NCBI GenBank assembly: GCA_973895155.1
Contig: OZ316895.1
Span: 19,606,803-19,670,802 of the forward strand
Reading direction: 5' to 3'
Length of the DNA: 64,000 bases
Source of the DNA: Marsupella aquatica
Taxonomy: Eukaryota > Plantae > Marchantiophyta
The position numbers were made by a program, and so were the translations under genes. Shown here one piece after another: positions 52,265 to 64,000 of the stretch. How positions within the stretch are numbered: the stretch's first letter is position 1; each line of letters begins with the position of its first letter. The notes under the pieces are model-generated. The model saw only the letters and a program-made list of their open reading frames with translations, was not told where the DNA came from and made no database searches.

Positions 52265-55200
52265 CTATGTGCAGCTAGGAGGCCCAAAACTGTAGTCATC
52301 TCTTCCTTGAAACGTCCACAACCCATCTGGTCCACGAAAGTACAACTCACAAACACAATAGCTATGCTTGTTATCCTCGGCGTTCTCGTACCCAACTCGT
52401 AACAACACATCTTCCGGTCGAAACTTGAATCCTGCAAAGCAATTAATGAACAGGTGTCACGCAGCTGCATCATTAATACCATCAGTTTGCAATCTCCAAA
52501 TTCCATTACTTTGATGCGTTTCGGTGTATTATATTGTTTCCACTCATTTGTGTCTGGCATAATTGCGTCCAAATTCAGCAACACTTCCGATTTTTATCAG
52601 CATTTAGTCATCATCTTTAAAGTTTTCATCTGATCTTGACCGGAATGACCGTTTCGCAGGAATACTTCAGTGTTTTCGATTTCTTTGAGAATTTTCGACG
52701 TAATGAGAGTTGCTCAAACCACTTAGATTGAATTTGATGGGACTTGAAAACTAGGTGATGTAAAATTGAGCTGTTGACTGTCTAACCCCTCCGGAAATTC
52801 TCCAGGTGCAGTCTATCGAGACTAAACAGTCGAACAAACCTACTACCAAAACGCTTCACCTGGAAACTACGCTGAAAGTATAATATCTCGACTAGGGAAT
52901 TGACGAAAAGTTGAATGGATGTCTTGAGTTGCAGGCCAGATTGATATTGCATTTTGATGACTCACAATTCGGAAGAAAAGGACCACAAAAATCTTGAAGT
53001 GACTGTATTTTGCAATCAGTTGATTACATTGAGCTAATCTCAGAGGGGAGTTGAATGTTGTGGAGATGAAACATGATCCCACCTCGCTTGTACCAGTGAC
53101 AGGTCCATCTGTACTTAGGATCAGGGCCCTGAGGATAGGAGATTTTTAGATGCTTCAACAACAAGTGAGAATCCCCACCTGGGTGCCACCAGCTGGTATT
53201 CCACAAGTAGGAATCATCTGAGCCTTTGCGAAGAATAAAATCACCAACCCGGGGCTGCACATGATATTGAATTGCATGCACGGGTCGTTGACGGGGATCA
53301 ACAAACCGAAAATCCAAAGGATGCAACTCTTGTGCAGCTTGTCTGAACACAGGTCACAGAATGGCAATATAAGCCACTCTTTTCCATCTTTTAACATTGA
53401 TACAAAATGAGCTCTAAATGCGAATCACCTCAAGTTCACAGTAGTATACTTTGTCAGGTGTTGAGGAGGGTAACAACCTCTAGATTGGGCAAGACAGGTT
53501 GAATGAGGCACTTACAAGCCCATACACAGCTCTTGCTTAGACTGTTGACCGCTTCAGGATTTAAGGATATAACAATTCTTTCCTATATCGTAGAAACTCG
53601 TGCACATTTCTTGTAATATTCATCAGAGGCTTTCCTACCTGGATTGTGCACGAGACATTTTCTTACGTGCAACTAACCCAAATCCACTAACAGGAGCCCC
53701 CTTTTTAAAGCAGTATTGAGAAATCGGATCACCTCTTCAAGGTAATTTTGGAGTGGTTGGTTAAGGGCTGGCAATGCCATGTTCTAGGTCCAACATCCAA
53801 ATTATCTGCGCTAACTAGTGTCTGAGTACGGTACATGTCACTCACCTTGAAAAGCATAAGGAGTTGGATTACCTTACGTAATTGTTTCTCATCCCCCCAA
53901 TCGGGAAAGCTCTTAATTCGTTTTGCTTCAACCATGGACATGACTGGGGTTGGGCGGGCATATATTACTTGTGTTATTTGTTCGAAGGGGTCCATCCCTC
54001 TTCCAACTATAATCTTGAGTGATTTAATAAAAATGAGACTAGTGTTGTGATTAGGTACTTGCCTTGCAACTAAATAGAAAACCTCATCGTTTCTAAGAAA
54101 TACATGGACATGGTCATTGGCTCGCCACCGCCAATGCCGATCAAAGTCTCCAAAGCGCAGCACTATGTCTCCATTGCGGAAATCGTAGTTCCACTGCAAG
54201 GTGAGACTACTTTTGCTGAAGTAATCATCGTCCACATAAATTTCCAAATGTCCATCAAATGCTGGCCATGGACATCCCTTCCTCTCATTGGCAAGTATCA
54301 AGATGTCACCAGGTTTGGGCCAAAAGGTTTCCATGATTGACCCTACGACCCCAAACTCAAAATTATGACTGATATTGTCCCCGTCACTCGACCCATCTCG
54401 ATGCTCACTACACCACGCTGGCAAGGACTCTTCCATTCCTTCACATTCTTCATTGTTTCTGAGTCGTCCTGTGCACAAGTCCATAAGTAGTACATTAAAC
54501 CATTTATGTTATGCATAATGGCGATGGTACACGTGAATCTTCAGAATAACGTATGCTCAAACAAATTGAATGGAATTAGTTTCACCCTTCCTAAAACATA
54601 CTGATCATTCATCACAGATTATCTCAAGCAACAAATGCAAAGCTTGAGATTATGCTCTTTAATTAAAATAATATTGTATTATGCGACAAGAATCCATGAT
54701 CCCTAATAGACCACTTAAGTTGAATAATTTTGATTTAGCTCTATATGTAGATAATGTATAGCAGGGAAGAAAAATGAGCGATTCTTACCCTCAAGTTCTT
54801 GATAAGGGGTTTGGTTTGAGCTAGAAGTGCTACTTGGTTCTAGTCTTGGATGGGTCGGAGGGAGCTCCAGCTGATCATAAGCAGATGGATCAATTGCTGG
54901 CCTTATGTTTGGATAAAATGGCTTCACTAGGCCTGATGGCATTGGGTATTCAGGCACAGCAAGGTCATTATCCGGTTCTACATAATAGGGTGAGTCAGGA
55001 TCATCATATCGATCATAAGTGATGTGTGTATCTGAGTAAGAATTTGAAAATTGAGGTCGATGACCATATACAGGGCTATGAGCCAAATTAGGATCATTGG
55101 GTTTCGGGTGGGGAAAGTCTCGAGGGGGGACATGTCGATCAGGCATTCGGCCACGGGAAACAAATCCTTCATTTCCTTCTCCTGATGGGCTTTGTCTTTC

Positions 55201-55332
55201 TCCATTGGAGTCCTGCTTGGGTGCTCTACTGAAATTTGTTGAATCGTACTCAACTTCTTCTTGGTGATGCTCTACGTGTTCAATGTAATCCGAGTCCTTA
55301 TAACTAAACTCAGGACTCTGTTCGAAAGACAT
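52265..55332 (-). CDS. Unassigned protein: Pro/acidic disordered N-terminus followed by two copies of an unrecognised aromatic-rich domain
   Basis: Exons 55332-54789 (phase 1), 54468-53846, a probable small exon near 53515-53582, ~53338-53083 (phase 1) and 52431-52265 (TAG). Long open exons are bounded by canonical GT-AG sites and the phases are compatible. No family recognised. Confidence 0.65.
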
Positions 55333-57198
55333 TTTGTGCTCCCGGGTGAGCAAACTTTCCAACTTTCCAAGTCAATCAGAATTCTGTTCCCATTTGGTGA
55401 GGGTTGGATTTAAGATTTAAGAATCTGTCTATTCGGTGCTGCACGTGTTGGCAAGAGCTTCTTTGACTCGCCATGTGTGTTTCGGGATTAATTGCCATAA
55501 GCCTGGAAAAGAAGACTGAGCATTTTTTATTTTAGAGGTAGAGCATTGAGAAACTTTCAATTGTAATGGTTTCTTTGGTTTTGTTAAGGTTGTATACCTC
55601 CTCAGTGTCTTTTAGAATTGCTTAATGGTTTATATACTTCACAATGTCCATAATTATGTTCAGGTTTAACTCTGACTGCCCGTCTCGTTCATTTGGATTC
55701 TCCATGAAATATTAGAGATTCACAATATGTGTTGAAATGTGGCAGTGAGATGGCCACGAAGAATTTTTCCTTCTTCTTTCTGTGTCATGTCTTCTTGAAA
55801 ATGTGAAGTCGATTAATACACAATCGCAGATGGAAAGATTACATGAATTAAAAAGCCGGTCATGTTTCTAACGAAGGTGGAAGACAAATGTTCCTCACCT
55901 CGGGAACACAACTGGTGGACATTTCTTGGTATTACAGCAATGTCAATCGTTGGCACCACGACCAGGTGAATCTTCCAATTGAGAACTGGTAGGTGTTATT
56001 CCCCATTGCGGCTCTATCATAGAAGAACAAATGATTGTCTTTCGACAGTTATTGATTTGGCATAACAAACAATTTGAGAGCTGACAGGCGTGTTCCCCGA
56101 GCGTATCGCACAAGCACGATCAATGTTTACTTTTTCAAAATCGTTGTTTGGACAGATTCATAATTCCTATTTTTTTTCCCATTGCACATATAAGTGCTCA
56201 AGGATGGCTCGCCTCACGCCGTCAAGTTCCTTGGAAAGGCCGAAGAAACCATCCTGTTCACATCACTATCTTGAGTACGAAATGTTTACGCTTCGCCTAA
56301 GCATGTACATTGAACTTCTCTCATAGAAAGGGCTTTCGCAAAATGAGCAGGGCTACTGTTCACGTTTGTCTTTGTTCAAGAGGTGTGTCCCTTGGATGCA
56401 ATTCAATGAAAAAAACGATTTGGGATTTAGCTGGACCCATTTATTCAAGCTAATAGCAACGCGGGGCTCGTCATGTTCCAAGAAATCCCAAAGTTTTCCA
56501 GATATCTGACTAAGATCCCAACAATGAAGCACAGCGGTAAACGTACCTGACAATCCATCAACAAAATCTTATGTTGAACTTACAGTACCTAATGAGCTCT
56601 GCCAATTGAATCATGACAGTAAAAAGCCGTTCTGAAATTTAGAAAGCCTCTTGGTAGAGTGCGAAATTCTGAAGAGAGTGAAATTCTGAACATTAATCTT
56701 GTCAATCTTGACCTCTTTCAAAATGAAACGGCCGGCCGGAACCAATCATGCAAATCGGGTCAGCTTGCTTTGCTTGTCCGTCTCAGGATGACAATTCAAC
56801 TGAGATAAATAACGCACTTGACAGCAGTCTCAGGAAAACTCGCACCTTATACAAGCCTCCCAGGAAGGGAACCAACCACATGTCCGGTGAATAAGTTTAC
56901 TCGGTGGGCTATATTCGAAATGGACAGATTAATGAATCAATAAATATACCTTAAGATATTATTCAATAAGACTCGCAATGCAGAAAACCTCACAACCTGA
57001 TATGCGGTACCAGAGGATCAGTTGCCCCAAAAATGATATTTACAAGGGCACTATGGTACATAGGAGTACACAAGAGCTTCCAATCTCCAGTAACCCAAAA
57101 CCTCCTGAGCAGAAATACCGAATTCTCTGATTGTCATATGGTCAAACAAAGCTAATTTGGCTAAGCCAATAACGTCAACTCTACGTACCGTGATTAAC

Positions 57199-59916
<2,718 letters not shown>

Positions 59917-61108
59917 CTTGACGGCCTCTCCTCGCCAGCCTCAGCTTAGTTATGTCTTGACTAGGAGACCAGTCTGCAGCTGTGCACGCGCTGATCAAGG
60001 CCTGCTCAGAATCAACAGAAATCGTCGCAAACTGTCAATTTCGCGCACATGTCTCTGGCGCATATTTCGATTCACACGAGAATTCACTCCACATTTAGGT
60101 CACAGCTTTCGCGCGTCCTCTTCACGAGCCTGAACTAGTGACGACTTTCAAAACCCGCAAAGCTCAAACTACATTCCACAGATAGATTCATCTCTAAGGT
60201 CACAAAATTAGATACAGCCAAAGAAACAGAGAATGATCACCTTTGAAAACAGGTCGGGCAATAGCTTCCGCACTCGTTCCACAAATTGATCATCTACAAA
60301 CAAAGTGGTCGATGGCATAAAAGCCTGCTGCACTTCTGTGTAGAGGAGAACAGGTCTGTCGAATTGGCAATTACTGTCCTGGGCATCATTCTACGACTGT
60401 ATGAGTGACGACTCAACAACCGATGACCCGAAGGTCGGCCGCTCAGTTAAGCGACCTACAGTTGAGGGCAGTGTGCGAGGAGAGGCAGAGTTTCATAGGT
60501 CGTAACCTTTTCCTCTCCCTTTTCCTTTGTAGTCCTGTTTTATGGGAGCCAGAATTACATTTAGAAGAGTTACTCGCTGGGGGGTCTCACTCGGGGGGTG
60601 GGGGGCGCCTGGAGGGAGCCCCGTGGAACGGCTCGGTCTTATATATTTAACGGTCTTATATATTTAACATCCCAGTTGATGGGGGGCTTTACAAATTAGA
60701 GAGGTCCCCGATTAATATACTGTCTAGCATGAAGAAAATGGTTTGATGGACATAATTATGCATGCAGCCTGGTGGAAGGTAACATGCCTTTGTGGCTTCT
60801 CAACAATCATTTACAGGAGCAATTAATGTAAATAATTATTCAGTGTTTACCTCGAAGAGAGAGGGCCACCTGGTTGATGTGAATCTAAATTCAAATTGTT
60901 CCTAGTTTGCCACTGTCTAGAGATAATTCAAAATTATATATTTTTGCCAGAAGTTTTTGAAAATGATATTCAGTTTTCTGCTCTTTAGACCACAATTAGA
61001 CCACTTTTGCCATTCATTGCTAACTATTGGTTTATCATGATTTTTATTTCTATTTCAAAATGAGCTCTAAGTATGGCCCCACCATGACATAAGTGCATAG
61101 AAAGAGGG

Positions 61109-61453
61109 TGTTAGATATTGCTATTAGTCTTGTGACTCATGAGCTAACCACAGTTAGGTTAATTTGGGTTAGGACTTAGCTAATGTTAGCGGCTGTACTA
61201 TTGTGTATATTGTCAGGGCTGGTGTCAGCCTCTGGAGGAACTTAGGCTCATTGTTACGGAACTAGTTGAGAGATAGTGAGATCTTGTGCTGTGGATGCTT
61301 GGTATGGCCGGTCGACCTAGAGTGTAGTAAAGCTCTTGTGTGTTCTCGTGGACGTAGCCTCATGTGGAGGTGAACCACGTATCTCTCTGTGTCGACTCTT
61401 GTACGTTGGATGGTTCATGGGCTTGCAGTTGCAAATGTCGTCTATGCTCAACA
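61109..61453 (+). mobile_element. Solo LTR (probably Copia-like)
   Basis: Begins TGTTAG and ends TCAACA, flanked by a perfect 5-bp target-site duplication GAGGG (61104-61108, 61454-61458). Contains GAACCACGTA, a motif typical near plant Copia LTR 3' ends. Confidence 0.85.
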
Positions 61454-62219
61454 GAGGGATGTGCATAGAAAAGAGTATTGCATGTCATTTAAAATGATGA
61501 TATGATGATTTTTTTTATCATTTCATTAATTGACTTTCAAAAAATATGAATTAGGAATATATTTTGGTGATAGTTTTATTGTCCTCCCAGCTAATCACAT
61601 TCAAACAACGGGTAGTCGGGGCTAGTCACAATGTAACAGTAGTACTTTGAAAGGGTTACTAAAAGTCAATCACTCACAAGAGCCAACAAATCACCGCACA
61701 GAAAGATCTAGGAATTGGTTTCCAGATCAAGGGACAGTCAAGTCAAATACCACTTAAAACATGAGTGATATATTCATTATGAGGTAACAAAAACTATATG
61801 GAGCTATTACAGGTTCAGCATCTTCTTGCAATTGGACGTTGAGATCAATATATGCAACGCTGATCCGCCTCCAGAGCCTTGGTTAGAACATGCAATCTTT
61901 CCTACCATGGAAAATTAGTTAGCTAACTACGACCAATTGTCCAAGTTGAATGAGATTGTTGTACAAAGAGGCCCGCAAAGAGGTCACTGAAGGAACAAAT
62001 ATTAATAATTGATTTCTAGAAACTTTTGAATGGTGTGCTCATAGAGAATCCTCAAAGGCCCGCGACATCTTTTAAAGGTTACTTTTTTGGGGTACCTTGG
62101 TCTTTGGAGTCGTCAAACTCGGTACGATGCATTTACCCTAGATCTTCTTTCACCCTTATTTGGTGAAAAACTGAGTGTTCCTATGACACTTACAATTTTC
62201 AGTCGTTAAAGGTCTTAGT

Positions 62220-62554
62220 TGTTGAGTATGATGACAATCGCAACGATAAGCACATGACACATCCAATGATCAAGTAGTCGATATAGAGAGATACGTGGTT
62301 CACCTCCACATGAGGTATGGGAAAACACAAGAGCTTTATTACACTCTAGGCCGACCAACCATACCAAGCTTCCACAACACAAGCTCTCCCTATCTCTCAA
62401 CTGGTTCCGTAACAATGAGCCTAAATTCCAATTATCCAAGCAAACACCATTTGGCATACAGTGTGCATCCTAGTTAACCTAACCACGTTTCTGACTAAGG
62501 TTAGCCTAACGATGGTTACATGTTGTAACCTAGACCTTGAATAAATACCTAACA
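62220..62554 (-). mobile_element. Solo LTR of the same family, opposite orientation
   Basis: Its reverse complement aligns with 61109-61453 over the 3' ~220 bp (e.g. TTAGGCTCATTGTTACGGAAC, CCTCATGTGGAGGTGAACCACGTATCTCTCT). TG...CA termini. Flanks TTAGT/TTAAT look like a TSD with one mismatch. Confidence 0.78.
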
Positions 62555-63039
62555 TTAATATTGCCTTATTGGGATTTTTTACTGCTAACTGGCATCTTTA
62601 GATTTTCATAGATGAATTTTACAGTAATGGTATTAATGTATGTTATCCGTTGGATGGAATTTGGGGATAGACTTCCAGGTAGCTGACACAACGACAAAAT
62701 CATACAGGATATTCATTTTACTTCATTTTTCTTACCTAAGTTGGTACGTGGTTGTCGCAGGAATTTTTTTAAAAAGGAACGTCAGGCACAGAAGATTGGT
62801 TGATGCTCCCGTTGATGCTGCCACTTGCGCTGCCAAAGATACAACAATCAGAGAAGCTTCACCCCATTCATAGGAAGAGGGACTCTATGGCCTTTGATGG
62901 AATATTTCCAAGAATGCAAGACTTCAAATGCAGAGGGAAGAGGTGGAAGTATTACTACTTCAGAGGGCCCAGACTTTTGCTATTCTTTGTAGGGCCGAGG
63001 CAGTTGGTTTTAGGGTCTCTAGGCAGATCCCTCTCCTTG

Positions 63040-63540
63040 ACTCTCCTATGCGGTGTACTCTAGAGTTTTATCAGACTTTTCAGTTTACCGTCCAGTAGGA
63101 TTTTTTGTTTGTTGTTTGCTTGAACTTAGTCTTATGGTTTTTCTGTGTTATTCCTTCACTTGTTGGGCCTCTTTGGTCTTCTTGGGGTCTTTTCATTCAA
63201 TCCCCCTCCTATGCAGTTTACTCCATAGTTCTACCAGACTTTTTAGTTTAGTGTTTTTTGTGCCCACTAGTGTATTTTTGTTTTTTTGTTTGCTTCTTAG
63301 TCTTTTGGTTTTTTCTGGGTATTCCTTCACTTGTTGGGCCTCTTCAAATGGTCTTCTTGGGGTCTTTTCATTCCCTCTCCTTACTATGCAGTTTCAAAGC
63401 TCTACCAGACTTTTCATTTTACCGTCCAATAGGGTTTTTTGTTTGTTGTTTACTTCTTAGTCTTGTGGTTTTTCTAGGTTATTCCTTCACTTGTTGGCTG
63501 GGCCGCTTTGGTCTTCTTGGGGTATTTTCATTCCCCCCTT
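63040..63540. repeat. Tandem repeat, ~3 x 160-175 bp, T-rich
   Basis: TATTCCTTCACTTGTTGG...TGGTCTTCTTGGGGT.TTTTCATTC recurs at ~63149, 63320 and 63480. This explains the spurious Phe/Leu-rich ORFs here. Confidence 0.85.
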
Positions 63541-64000
63541 TTATTGTGTTCTTTTGCCTTTGGGACCATGTCTCCCGGTTTGGTGTTCTTGTATTTGTCT
63601 TTTTGGCAGTGCGAGATTCATACTATATATATTTGATTGCATATATTCATACTATATATATTTGATTGCATATTTCATTAGTGGAAGTTTTAGGAGTTAA
63701 AATATATATTTTTGCTAGTACAGAAAGTTCTCATCGGGGTTCTGATTTGAAGCTGGTATCGTACTGCTTCTGGCCTCATACCATGGTCCCCCGTATGGTC
63801 CTCAATTATCATACTGTATGATTTAATATGAACACACCCCAATCTTGAGGCATCCCCTACTCTGGATAAATTAGTCTGTGGGCACGATCGCTTAATTGAC
63901 TGATCGAACTTCAGCCTCCCACACTTAAATCTTCTGAGCTAATATTTCTTTTGGAATCGTCTTTGTTTACTTAATATCCTTTTCAAGCAACAAGAGAATG

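Noticed and set aside
63053-63700. Three overlapping hydrophobic ORFs (up to 135 aa)
   Set aside because: They are products of a T-rich tandem repeat open in several frames, not a membrane protein.

Overview
Eukaryotic, intron-rich land-plant DNA. Land-plant gene families sit alongside a flagellar-type enkurin-domain gene, so a plant with flagellated sperm is likely (a bryophyte such as a liverwort is my inference). Nine spliced protein-coding genes were reconstructed by hand: an exon-repeat LEA-like gene, an RMF/ZYGO1-type F-box gene, a conserved plant multi-pass membrane protein, an ENKD1-like gene, an MRNIP-like gene, an FLP/MYB88-type R2R3-MYB, METTL13, an unassigned protein with an internally duplicated domain, and SRP54. 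Between them are a decayed 5'-truncated L1-type LINE, two opposed solo LTRs of one family, dispersed AT-rich repeats and many short tandem duplications. The most notable observations are: (1) the unassigned two-repeat-domain protein at 52265-55332; (2) three independent 125-150 bp tandem duplications that each copied exon sequence with a splice site; (3) a U12-type minor intron in the enkurin domain; (4) an LEA-like gene built from one repeat per phase-1 exon, with ABRE and as-1-like motifs. No CRISPR array, rRNA or tRNA was seen. Family assignments come from remembered motifs, not database searches, and exon boundaries were read manually.
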